A stretch of 64,000 bases of DNA. It comes from Anthoceros angustus. Its lineage: Eukaryota > Plantae > Anthocerotophyta. Both the position numbers and the translations under genes were made by a program. Each line of letters begins with the position of its first letter. Position 1 is the stretch's first letter. Shown in pieces: positions 39,501 to 52,300 of the stretch. The notes beneath the pieces were generated by a model. That model ran no database searches and had not been told where the DNA came from. It worked only from the letters and a program-made list of their open reading frames with translations. The stretch covers positions 496,001-560,000 of the forward strand of contig MU008194.1 in the NCBI GenBank assembly GCA_010909165.1, given 5' to 3'.

Positions 39501-40292
39501 GCTGCTTCAACCCCGCCTTCTTCTGGTTTCGAAGTTGGTAAGCGACTCCAGCGCTAAACAACCAGGTCATCATGTTCACGTCAAATGCTTGCCCAAGCAA
39601 TCGACACCGTTCCTTCTCGGTCACTCCCGGTGTCTTCGTGGCTCCGGCATCAAATCCCATGGCCAACTCCCTCTTTGTGGCTGGTGGCTCTCCCAAGGCC
39701 TCGCCATGTCATCCACCACAACGCCGGGCCATGGTTCTGGCGTAAGACTTGGACTTAGACACAAAGGTTGGCCAAGCCGCCATGGGGTGTCCAGCGTGTT
39801 CACAGGAAGTGCGGCTTGTCGGTCTTGATGACTTGTTGGGCATGCCTTCCGATGCTAGCACATCCTTGACAACATGATTAGGTCGCTTGGTGAACGACCT
39901 CGCACACTTCAAATGTTCCAAGGAGCAAGGTTAGTCCACATGGACCTCAACCTATGAGCCCTCGAACCAAATTGAGTGCATCCAATAGAAGCTCGACCCA
40001 ACACTCCTCGGATCGTGGCAAAGTCCTCCCGAACTTGCTTCTTCACGCTCATGCATCTTGGCACATTCTCCAACATGTATCCACAAGGCCTTTCTTGCCC
40101 TTTACGGATCAAGCGCAAGATCCTCATCGGTCATAGAACAATGCCGTGGATCCTTCAGACCTTGACCCTTGCCTCGCAGAGGATAGTCCTTGACACTCCC
40201 AACCTGCGATGACAAGGTCCACCGGTTGCCCAAGACAACTCAAATGGGACAACCCTATCATGCGAACATCCATCGGCAGCGCCTTCTGGTAA

Positions 40293-43200
40293 CACTACTA
40301 CATTTGAGGATCCAAAACAACGTGTAAAAACAACGCATGTTTGTAAAAAACAACGGAAAAGTTGGAAAAACAACGGCCACCCGAACCTAGCTGAAAACAA
40401 CGAAATACCATTGTTTTCGTTTTGCGTTATTTAGGAACCGTTGTTTTTCCTAACTCATCTTTAACCCATACCCCTAACCCCGTTCCCATTATTTCTTTCC
40501 GTTTTTCGTTACCGTTGGTCGTCCCGCCCACCGTCCCCGTCCATCATTGTCGTCCACCATTCCGCCCGCTGCTTCGCCCACTGCCTCGCCCGCCGCCTCG
40601 CCCGCCTGCCTCGCCTGCCTCGCCCGCTCCCATTCCCTGCTTCAATTTTTCCCATTTGGCTTATAAAATAATAATTACTCAATGAAAATACTTTATTAAA
40701 AATGGGATGATAACAGGATGCTCCGTGTTCAATTCCACCACCGCAGAAGAAGTTTTTCACGGCTAAAGAGGTACAACCGCACTTTGTTCCTTACCACCGC
40801 TTTGGCTCCCATTTTTAAGTCGTCGATGCCAAAGAAAGGAAGAAGGGCCTGCAGATTTGACCTTCACTCAGTACGTTGAAAGAGTTGATTCAGAAATGTC
40901 TGTTCCGAAAAGGTGTTGCGGTGACCCCAGAATTTGTTTAGTTACCTCAATTCATGGCTTCCGATTCTCACCGTGAAACATTTGTTGCAAGGCGTGCAAG
41001 CATATAGACTACAGCTACTTGGTAGTAGAGAGGCTTGCGCAACCAAAATAAGGGAGAGACTTTCAACTTGGCGGTTGAAACATCGAATGGTGTGTCAACT
41101 GCGGACAAGACAGAGGCTCGCATACATGACACAAGAGGATGGACTCTTTTGTCGCCGGTGTATCGCCTTGCTAAGTGTGCTGCGTAACAAACATGATACA
41201 AAAGGATCTCACCTAGGCTCGCAACACCAAGCTGAAAAATGAGCACAAACACGCAACTGTAGCAATAGCCACCGCAATCCATCCAGATCGATACCCAAGC
41301 TCAACGGTAATAAGGCATGTCGGTTGCACTTCAATCCAACCAAAGCAAGTTGTTAGAACAAAGATGAAAACCACACATGCCTCGCCATTGCACCGAGTTC
41401 GTGGTCAAGGCATGGTTTGAAAGACAAGAAAAGCAATTGCGTACAAGAAGAGGTTTGAAAGTCGCACATCACATTGCAGAGAGCATTAGGTCTCGCCTAC
41501 ATCGCAGCCCAAAATTGCTGCTTGTTCAGAGAAGGATAATACTCTTGACCATAGTGAATGAATTGCATACCGCTGAGAGCCACTCGGCTCGTCGCATTGA
41601 TGTAATGCAGTTGACCAACGACTGCAGGATCAACCCCAAAGCGCTTCACATCTCATGTACGAAGATGGTTGGTGTAATGTGCTGGCCAAATGAGGATGTG
41701 AATAATCCGAAGATGGAAGAGTCAGACATGTGCGAGACTTGGGTTCCACCACCCCACGTTGAAAATGGTGCATACAAACTAGAACCGTACACATGTCTTT
41801 GTGGTAGAGGTTGCCCCAAGGAGGTACATGTCCAGCACCTCCGAACAAAAGGAGAAGGAGATTGCCACAAGGGAACCCCGCATGCCATAGCTTAAATCTC
41901 CCAAACTTATCTATCCGAATGCAAGGAGCTCATAAGGCTTCCAGACGTTACCAAAATGAAAGGAGCACAATCCACCATGACCATGTGAGATATGAACAAA
42001 CATATAACGATGACACCACTAAGCCCACTCACCAATTGCCCGACAGAGATAGTGTGCCAATCCCATCCGCCACCGGCCCAAAGCATGACAACTCCATTGC
42101 CGAATGCAAAACCATCAAATGGTGGTCAAGACGAAGGTGCCATCAATGAACCGAGCGACAGCTCGAGATCGCCTTCAACCTCGACCTCACACCGAACGCA
42201 ATATTGAAGCGAATGTGAAGTTCGGACTAGGAGGCGATCGACATAGACATTGCAACTTGTTAATCTGGTACATTCCCATGACGAGGATGAATCGGCAAAG
42301 AGCGTACGCTTAGCCTTGATTAGATCCGAGACACCTCACATACTGAAGTTCACAAAATGATGCACACCGCCGCATAGTAGTCAACATCAACAATCCGCCC
42401 ACTGTTTTGCTTTAGTTCGTCGGGATGCTCGGTCAGACCGCTATTCCAGACGATGAGCCTCCTCGAACCCCGCATGCCATAGCTTAAATCTCCCAAACTT
42501 ATCTATCCGAATGCAAGGAGCTCATAAGGCTTCCAGACGTTACCAAAATGAAAGGAGCACAATCCACCATGACCATGTGAGATATGAACAAACATATAAC
42601 GATGACACCACTAAGCCCACTCACCAATTGCCGAGTAGTGTGCCAATCCCATCCACACGCCAAAGAAGCATGACAACTCCAGCTTTCGATGCAAAACCAT
42701 CAAATGGTGGTCAAGACGAAGGTGCCATCAATGAACCGAGCGACAGCTCGAGATCGCTCTTCAACCTCGACCTCACACCGAACGCAATATTGAAGCGAAT
42801 GTGAAGTTCGGACTAGGAGGCGATCGACATAGACATTGCAACTTGTTAATCTGGTACATTCCCATGACGAGGATGAATCGGCAAAGAGCGTACGCTTAGC
42901 CTTGACCGTTAGATCCGAGACACCTCACATACTGAAGTTCACAAAATGATGCACACTGCGCATATAGTAGTCAACATCAACAATCCCCACTGCTTTTGCT
43001 TTAGTTCGGATGCCCGGGTATCTCGCTATTCCAGACGATGAGCCTCCTCGAACCGCCGGAGGTGGCGATCGATGATCCAGCGGTTGATAAATGAGGAGAC
43101 ACATACCATGCAAGCAGCACAATTTAACCTTGGCCAATTTTTGACCACATACTGCTGGGAACTTTACAAGCTGTTAGATTTCAGAAACAAAGAGTCCATG

Positions 43201-44648
43201 AGAAATCATGAGACACCAGGGATGGACAGTGATCCATAGCAGTGGACCATAGCAGGAGCGATAGCTGTATAGTAACCTTCCTTCGCAGCTTAGGACATTT
43301 GAGCCGGCTTTGGCATTGATGGAAGTCACCTCTGATGTAAAGCCCAAAGGGAAAATGCCTCCATCAAGCTTTCGCACCATGCTGAAGTGATTAAGCATCT
43401 TGTGGGTGTTCCAATGGCTTGATACCATCGGCACATCCACCTTCGAGGTCCAAATGCTCTACCAAGCAGTTCCATTTTGTGTATCTCTCTCATTTTTCTC
43501 CGGCCTTCAGTGAGAATTCGTCACCTAACTAACTCAAACTCAGACTTGGCGACTAAACGACATCGCGCAACCTCATCATCCTGCTCTCCCGAATTCATCG
43601 GCTTCCTTGCAACTATGGACGGATCACAACAAGGCACTCTCTGGCGGACCTCTGGCTCGCTCCTTGGTGGCTAATTCGGGCCGTGCACACTGCGCACACC
43701 GCGCAACAACGCAGCATCAATGCACCGACACCGAGCAGCAGTGCCTTCCATCCATGAGCCACGGCAGAAGGCAATTCGAGAGCACAAGGGTACCTAATCT
43801 CCGCCGCTTCTCCTTCTCCCGGTCTACAGTGTTGACTCCGATTTCCGCAAGCACATCCTCCAGCACATTCTCGGAATCGGCTGCCCTCCAGAATCCGCTC
43901 CAAACCGGGCAGATCCGAGCTTAGGTCAGGAGCTTGCCGCAAGCACGAACTCCCAGTGTAGACAAGCTTGAGAAGAAAGGATCCTCGAAATACTGGATGC
44001 TTGCTGGTAGTCGTGATGGACGTCAGTGTTTTTCAAAGTGATGTATATGTAAAAAAACACCTCCTATTCCGTAACATCTATTGGTCTAGTGGCTTGTCCA
44101 GTTGTGTAGGGTCGGGAGGTCTTGGGGTCGAACCTTTCTTTCTCTACAACCCATTTTAACTATCCTCACCACACTCGGATATGCGAGACCCAGTCCGAGG
44201 GATGCATTGACGGAGCCGATCCTGCTAGGTCCGAACGGAATCTAGGATCGGACGGAGCTGAGACAAGACAGGATCCTTAGGTCGAACGGACGGATGGGCT
44301 TCTCATCAACGAGACGGATGTGCTCATGAAGTGGGGGCCCGTTGGATTCGGCCTACCGCTAAGTTCGACAAGTTGAACGGACAGACTGCTGGATGCGGAT
44401 GAAGCGCGTTAAGTGTATTCCATTGTTTACTAAATATCTGATTAATTATATACTATATTGATTAAATTTAAAATTAATAATTGAGAATTAAAATTATTTG
44501 TTAAGAACTAAAATTACTCATTAAGAATTAACTGGACCTAGTCGTACCTAAATCCACACCAAACGAGGTATGGCTCCGAACCTAAGAAACAACGCCTTTT
44601 CCAACCGTTGTTTTGGAGCGTTGTTTTGAGGGACAAAATGTAGTAGTA
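40293..44648. mobile_element. Non-autonomous CACTA (En/Spm) DNA transposon
   Basis: Left end CACTACTACATTT; right end AAATGTAGTAGTA (12/13 TIR match); 3-bp TSD TAA at 40290-40292 and 44649-44651; AAAACAACG subterminal repeats in both orientations at both ends. Confidence 0.92.
41873..43054 (+). repeat. Tandem duplication of about 590 bp inside the CACTA element
   Basis: Units start at 41873 and 42465; GAACC microhomology at 41873, 42465 and 43050. Confidence 0.9.
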
Positions 44649-47600
44649 TAACCCTTCACTGACTCCCACGTCAGGAGGTTAGGGTACTCCCCCATCAAGT
44701 CTTTTACGCGCTTCTGTGACACAATCCTTGCTTTTGGATCCGGGTCACAATGCACGTATCTTCGCACTTTGATGCCACACTTTAGCACTGCCCAAGCCGC
44801 ATCGATGCCTCCAAAGAGTTCCACGAGCACTATGCCGCCTTCCCGAGGTCGCCATGTGATGACCGGGTGTTTAGGTCACAAACAGGCTCAACCCTAGGCA
44901 AGAACTTACATAGTTCTCCCATAGGACACCGGGTCCTCTTGCACCATCCTCCATGCCTTTTGCACGGCTCATTGCTGCACCACTCCGTCCGACTGACTTG
45001 AAGAACCTCCTCTGAGGGTGGTTGCAACCCTAGCTTGTCTTCCTCCTCCTCGTCGAAATCCTCCATCAGGTCAGTTGCGGTTGTTAGACACACGCCAAGA
45101 GGTTCAAGCACGTATGGCGTGTCCTTCACCACGGCGCCAAACACTGGGTAGACGCTGTTGGCAATGAGGTTCTCATGATCCTTGCCATGCAGCTGCAGAG
45201 GGATGCGGGCAATCCGTTCATCGGTTTTGCTCCAGCTTCTCCAGCCTGGTCGATAGTAGACTGTCTCCGTCCACAAATCCACCATGACTCTGTGTTTGTA
45301 CAAAGCGTCCGCTCCCAAAGAAGACATCAAAAGTGTCTGATCGACAAGCAAAGGTCGACAAAGGTGAAGTCATTGCTTGGTTTGAATGAAACCTTCAGCT
45401 TGTACCTTGTCACCCCAACACATGCTCCGTGGTCCACCGCGGTCGGATCTTCCACTTGGTTTCCTTCAACCTTTCTTGGTGGAGACCCAACGCTTCCTTC
45501 ACTCTTCTTCCAACGATCACCGGTGTGCTCGGTGTCAATCAACACCCTCCTTGGTGCGAATCCATTGATTTCAATGTGCCTCTCCCGATTGTTGACCAAA
45601 GCCACTCCCCTCGTGCGGCTTTCCACGAGATGCTTGGTTCGGAGGTCAGCAATGACATCATTGCTACTGTGGCAAATCTTGGACACTTGCTTCGTCTTCA
45701 AGGGTTGTCAACATCCGCCGAGTCAAACCCCTGACTTCCTTCACGCTCAACCCCATGTCTTGTAGGCTGAAACATGGCATCTCCAGAAGCTTTTGTGCCA
45801 TCGTCTCCGTCAGCAATCTGCGCATGGGTTTCTCCACATCGCCCACTGGACTTTGATGTTGCTCCCACAGTTGCTCCATGGCAATGGCTCAAGCGACTTT
45901 GGCATCTTGGCATAGGTTCGGAAGAGGATCCAAGCTTCCTTCCGTGTCTTCCGTGACCGCAGTGTCAAGACATCCTCTTCTTCCTCTCGAGCTATCTTCT
46001 CTCGTAGGCGCGGAGGTTTCTTCCTGCCCTTGGATCGGTCACGATCGCCATGTATCAAGCTTGTGCTCATCTTCTTCGTCCTCGATGATGAGCTGCTCTC
46101 TCCTTGATCTTCGCCTTCCCTTCTCCAGCTTTGCGAGGCGTGCCACGTAGCTGTCCATCGTCTTCTTTGATGCTTCCCGTTTCTTTTGTCCACGGGACTT
46201 CGCCGGTGCCTCCTCCACGGCGCCTTTGCTCTTCGCTGATTTTGTGGATGAGGTTGACGCAGATGCATTGGCCGGGGTTGTTGCTCGATAACCCGTAGGC
46301 CGCAATTCCGGATGCTTCTCCCAACACGCCGCTTCATTGTGCCGTACCTCCCACCTAGGGCATGGCTCCTCACCCTTGACTCCTCCAGATGCATTGGCCG
46401 CCGTTTCGATAACCCGTAGGCCGCAATTCGGATGCTTCTCCCAACATGCCGCTTCATTGTGCCTGCACTCCCACCTAGGGCATGGCTCCTCACCCTTGAC
46501 TCCTCCGAATGCATGCTCGCACTCATGAGGGAATGGTCCGTCCTCGGCACCTCACGCAGGGCTCGTCACTTGGGCTGTGGGCTGGCTTGTCTCGCCGAGC
46601 TCCTCCACTCGACCTCCGCGTCGGTCATGTCGTCCACCACTCCTACTTGTCTTGGAGTAATCACTTGCAAAGACGAGAGAAAGTGTCGGGCCCTATCTTG
46701 TCGACCATCTCGTACACTTCCTTGAGGGTGTAGTGTTGCCCCCGTCTTTGTGCACCGCTTGTTGCACCTTCATGCGCAGGCATATGGCAATGCAAGTACT
46801 TCTCTGCGGCCAGTCGGTCACTCATGATCTTGGTGTCACGTACCAGCGGTCGATTCTTGATAAGCCATCTTGGCGGTCTCGCGACTTCATCTTGAAGTGT
46901 GTCGGCTCGGAGATCTTCTCATCCGTGCTTGCGAAACTCCGGTAGGAAGATGTCAAACATCTCTTGATGGGATCGTGCCCACTCGGTGCCACTGCTTGCC
47001 TTTGGTTCCGAGCTGCTACTCACTGGTCCTCCAGATGTGCCGCTCAACAACCTCGCCTTGTGCTCGCGATAGCACGCCAATGCTTCATCCCCAAGTACTT
47101 GGCATTTGGATGAAGCCGTATCGCTTCGTGTATCCGGTCTTCAATTCCATCTCCGCACACACCGCACTGCATTTCTCGATGAAGTCCTCCGGTGGCAAAA
47201 TGTGCGTCTGTGAACAACTCCATTCGATCCTTGTCTCCTCCCATCTTGGCGACTCCAAGAGACAAGTCCTCCTCGCCGCTCACCGAGTTGTCCGGCACTA
47301 ACGTGTCTTGTGTGTTGCCACTCACGGATCCTTCAAAGATTGTTGATTGTGTATTTGGGTTCCTCCGTGTCCTTCGCTGGTACCAAAATCGAGGTGTTCG
47401 CACTTCTCTCTCTTGGTCGGGACTTGAATTCGCTCGATGGACTTCTTTGGTTGGTAGCTCCGTCCGGATCGAGTGTGTCGAGCATGCACTCCAGGCGGTT
47501 AGTGGCTAGATCAAACCCTTAATCAAGGTTAACACACCCCGCTATCTTAGATCGTGATTAGTGAAACCTCTAAGTATCTATGCATGTTAAATTGCATACA

Positions 47601-47859
47601 AATACTGCAGCCTATTTACAAAACTGGGTGAGTTGGATAGCAAAGGCATAAGAACTCCAGTTAAGCACCCCGGGTGGATCAAGACTGGATGGGGTGCCAA
47701 CTAGAGGACTTTTGGACAGAAAGTGAAATCAAATGGACTGATGACATACCCATGTCTATCCACTTCTCCTTATCCCTTGGAATCAGGGCCCAAGGTAAAA
47801 TACTCTTGTTTCTCCTTGGTTGGTTGGCCTTAAAAGGCCACCTATGAGCCTCATTCCTC

Positions 47860-48320
47860 TCCTTGGTATGGGCTTCTTGCCTCCTCTCCTTGGCCTTGGG
47901 CTCCTTCGCCTCCTCTCCTTGGCCTTGGACTTGGCTCCTTCGCCTCCTCTCCTTGGGCTTCTTCGCCTCCTCTCCTTGGCCTTGGACTTGGGCTTCTTCG
48001 CCTCCTCTCCTTGGCCTTGGACTTGGCTTCTTGCTTAAAGAGCTAGCGTCGCCTCGCCTAGCCTCGCCTAGCACGCCTAGCATCGCCTAGGGTAGCTTAG
48101 CATCACCTAGCATCGCCTAGCGTCACCTAGCATTGCCTAGCATTGCCTAGCACGGCCTAGCATCGCCTAGGGTAGCTTAGCATCACCTAGCATCGCCTAG
48201 CGTCACCTAGCATTGCCTAGCATCGCCTAGGGTAGCTTAGCATCACCTAGCATCGCCTAGCGTCACCTAGCATTGCCTAGCATCGCCTAGCATCACACTA
48301 AGCCTAGCACGGCCTATCTA
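47860..48320. repeat. Minisatellite arrays in the family-2 LTR
   Basis: CTTCGCCTCCTCTCCTTGG-type units at 47860-48030, then 10-bp CATCGCCTAG variants at 48040-48310. Confidence 0.85.
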
Positions 48321-48351
48321 GTGTACACACACGAGATCATAGCTTGTAACA

Positions 48352-48790
48352 ACAGGGATCAACTGCGCTATGCTTACACACGAGGAGGGACATGGAAACC
48401 CAAGGTGCGCAAGTTCGAAGTTGGAGATTATGTCTACCTGCATCGGAAGCCAGGCAACACCTTGGAGGTATCCACCAGCAGAGTCATCTTGCGGGTCGTG
48501 CGAGTAGGCAAAGATGGAGTGCTTGAGCTTGAAGGATCGATGGCCGAAGATGGAAGGATCACCTCAAGAACTGTGCACCATGCCACTTATCCAATTTGGA
48601 CCCTCAACTACGGCCTACAATGTGGCGTCCACCCAAAGACTTGGAGTGTCAGGTTTGTGGACGTATTGATGATGATGATGTGATGCTTCTTTGTGATCGG
48701 TGCAATAGGGGATACCACATGTTTTGTGTTCAACCACCTCTTGACGACATTCCAGGAAGATTGGTTTTGTGCACAATGCACTACATGAGG
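48352..48790 (+). pseudogene. Second, oppositely oriented copy of the family-2 integrase C-terminus with a complete PHD finger
   Basis: Near-identical to the reverse complement of 36511-36887, but continues PPLDDIP..WFCAQC. Confidence 0.9.
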
Positions 48791-49311
48791 TGCGTCGTAT
48801 GTAGTCCTACTAATGATAATGTTCTGACTTGGAGTCTCACATTATCAGGGGGGGATTGGTTTGCACCTATATACCTGCGTATTAGATTTGTTTGCTTGGT
48901 TGTTGGTCGAGGAAGTGCTTATATGAATTCAAGTGCTTATGGGGTTTGGCGATGGCATTCTGGCTGATGGCCCAGAGGCCGGTGGAACATATCCAGGCCC
49001 CGACAACGAAGACGTGGAAGAGGACGATGGGGCAGAGGTGGATGCAACGGACCAAGGATTCGGGTCTGTCCATGGCACTCGAAGGGTTCAAGCTGTCAGT
49101 CCAGTTGCGGGTAGACCATCGAGGAAAAAGAGGGAAGGGATTGAGAGTCTTGTGATCAGCGTGGAGGACCGGGTGGGAAGGTCACAAGTCTTGTGGCCAA
49201 AGCAGTTGCCACATGATGTCCGAGAGGGGCAAGAAGAGCTCCCAAAGTTCATAGAGAAGGCCAAGGACAGTGCTGTGGCCACGGATGACGACAGGCTAGC
49301 GATGATGAGGG

Positions 49312-52300
49312 TAAAGGAATACATGTGCTAGTTATTGATTAGGGTTTGGGTTATTTAGTCAAGTTAAGCTCTTAGCATTATATATGTCTTTTCATTAGGG
49401 TTACGTCATTTGGATAAGACACGTTGATTCATAAGTCTCTTTAGTTGTCTTTTCATACAACACATAAGTTTTATGTATGTTCTTGACACAATGTAATTAT
49501 TATATATGTTTAATTGATCCGTATCTGCCTAAATTACGTTATGGTATCAGAGCATTAGATGCAGATCGCATTCTAGTGAATGCACATTGTAAAATGCATT
49601 GAAAAAGATGCATTTGCATATAGTTTCTGTTGTTTTTGATTTAGAAAAATGCTTTCTTGATCAAGAAAATAGAAACATAAAGAAAGTGCTTTGTGTTGCT
49701 TTATTTCTATAGATGCTCTTATAATTTCTAGCAGATTAGGGGAGTAATCCTAGCGCATCTCCTCTGATTTGCTACCCTAGCAAAATCAGATGAAGTGCAC
49801 TAGGACAACTACCTGATCTGCAGGTAGATTATTAGAGGCATATCTATAAAATCAAAAATGTTGAAACAGACTTTCTAGCAACACAAAAATTTGGCCCCAT
49901 GAATGGCCAATCGAGTGGATTGGCGGCCTCGCCCTGCTGAGCGGATTCTGCCACAGAATCGCCGCAGGGGGCTGGTTGCTGGTGGACAGGCACCTTGGAA
50001 CTTCGTGGCTGAGCAACTCACTGGACACGTTGCAGACTGGACAGCACGAGTACAAAACGGGCCTGTTGACGCAGTGGAAATAAGAGATTCCTTCACCAAC
50101 TTGATTGGATCCCTCTTCCCAGACCAGCGCCAAGGTGCCCTACCACAAAGAAACTACAATCAGAGAGGTTTTCTAACAACACATGCTTCCCATACACCTA
50201 GTGTTGATAAGCTAATAAACAGGATTGAGGGACATAGACAACACGTCGATAGACGTTTCAATAGCATCTCACAGAGGCTAATTGCAGTGACTGTTGATCT
50301 GCATGATCCGATAGAAAAGATAGAACATGTGGATTTCAAATTACTAACCTTGTTGAAGCCCACCTTGCTTGCTAACCCTGCACATAGGGGGGTAGCTTGT
50401 AAGCACGCTAAGAAAACAAGTAGAATCCACACATTCAACAGTCCAAACTCGTGCCGCTCCTATGCAACATACGCTTACAATAGGTGGCAAATTAGAGACC
50501 AGAAAATTGGAAACATTGCACAGCAGCAGAGGTCACTGGATGCACCTGTAGAAGACAGGTTGCCCAACTTTGTTGCTGATTGTGTATGCCAGAAGTGTTA
50601 CCTTTGATGAAAGTCGCACTTGGGCATCAGTGGGAGCTGTTGAGGATCATGTCCTCAATGAAGATGAAGACACAACAAGATTTGTTGATTCACAATTTGA
50701 TCCAACAGATCACGGAACTCAGCCTGTTCAACCTGAGGACGTTGCTCCTGCAGGTGGGGATGACATAGCAGATTTTGAGTTCGTGGACATAGATGAGGCA
50801 GGTGTAGTTGAACAAGAACACGTACCTGTGCTGGAAGATCAAAATCAGCAAGTTTTACAGGAACAACATCCTCCTGAAGATGGAAACCCTGAACAGAATG
50901 CTGAAGCAGAACTGGAGTTGGATGATAATCCTATTGCCAACCAACCTGTACAAGATCCCCAGCCTGAAGAACCACCTAGACGATATCCATCTCGTCAAAG
51001 GCAACCTCCAGATTACTACCGTGCACCAGATTTTAGAGTTACTTCCTCACAAGTGGAGGTCAATGCTGCAACGTCCCTGGATCCTGTAGAACCACAATCC
51101 TACCAAGAGGCGTTGAGTAGACCTGACCACAAAGAGTGGGAGAAAGCAATACAATCAGAGTATGACTCCTTAATTGAGAACGGTACATGGGAGCTTGCAG
51201 AATTACCACCAGGCAGAAAATTGGTTTCTTGTAAGTGGGTTTTCAAACTCAAAGTAAAGGCAGATGGTACCTTCGATAGGTACAAGGCTCGCTTGGTCGC
51301 AAGGGGTTTCTCACAAGTCCCTGGATTGGACTATCTTGAAACTTTCTCCGTCACAAGCTTGCCACCCTTAGAACAATCCTTGCCATGTCCACACACTATG
51401 ATTATGAGTTGCAGATGTATGATGTTAAAACAGCTTTCCTACATGGAAAATTGGATACAGAGATATACATGCAGCAGCCTCCAGGATATGAGGTGAAAGG
51501 AAAAGAAAATCATGCTCTCAGGCTGATCAAGTGCTTGTATGGCCTGAAGCAATCAGCCATGAAATGGAACGCTGCCTTAGACACTGAATTGCTGGAATTA
51601 GGTTTCACAAAGAGCAAAATGTGATCTTTATATCTACATAAAGGAGATGTAATGTCATTGCTTAAATTATACGTGGATGACGATTACATCCGAATGACCA
51701 AGCTTTTATAACAAGCATCACAGATATGCTGGCCACTAAATTCAAGATGTCTAGCCTCGGCCCTTTACAGAGCTGCCTCGGATTCATATTCAAAGGAACA
51801 GACAGACTCGTGTGATGACATTGACTCAACCACGTTACCTTATGGACAGTGCTGAACAGTTGGGCCTCAAGGATGCAAAACCTGCTTCTACCCCTCTTCC
51901 CACAGGACTTAAGCTTAGTCGGAGTATGTCTCCTTCTACACAAGCAGAGAAGGATCAAATGTCAAAGATCCCCTACAGACAGGGAGTAGGTAAGCTAATA
52001 TATGCATCGAACACAATGAGGCTGGAGGTGGCCTATACACCGAGTGCCCTATCACAGTTCTTAGAAAATCCGGGTCCAGAACACTGGGCTAGCTTGAAAC
52101 GTGCGTTTAGGTACTTGAAGGGAACACCAACTTTAGGTATTTCCTACAGACAGCAGATTGAACAGACCCTCGACATAGAAGCTTACACCGACTACGGCGC
52201 CGAGATGTGGACACAAGGAAATCATCTACTGCTATGTGCTTTGTTTTGCGGAGGACCTATATGTTGGTCGAGCAAGAAACAGCCGACAATGGCACTCTCA

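Larger units (their letters stand above)
39560..44830 (-). pseudogene. C5 DNA methyltransferase domain of family 2, split by the CACTA insertion (44830-44652 plus 40292-39560)
   Basis: VLVELFGGI..RYVHCDPDPKAR; removing the CACTA and one TAA restores in-frame ESVKGYQKALPMDV..DLVIAGWECQGLS; then YMLENV, GSRAHRLRSMWTN, RELAMGF..LLGQAFD. Confidence 0.9.
36511..48351 (-). mobile_element. Decayed Ty3/gypsy retrotransposon (family 2): LTR-gag-PR-DNMT-RT-RH-INT-PHD, interrupted by a CACTA element
   Basis: Putative 5' LTR starts TGTTACA at 48351; duplicated knuckle at 46260-46510; RRVLIDT near 45530; RMCGDYRPLN; YASRSNN; LTDQGKEF..PQADGLAER; CQVCG..LLCDRCNRGYHMFC. Confidence 0.88.

Noticed and set aside
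42925-43137. IVDVDYY, reminiscent of a nodavirus-type capping-domain motif
   Set aside because: Single short motif, no flanking conserved residues, and the two tandem copies disagree in upstream frame.
48845-48870. AGGGGGGA as PPT followed by a 3' LTR of family 2
   Set aside because: The following sequence does not start with TG and does not match the TGTTACAAGC LTR.
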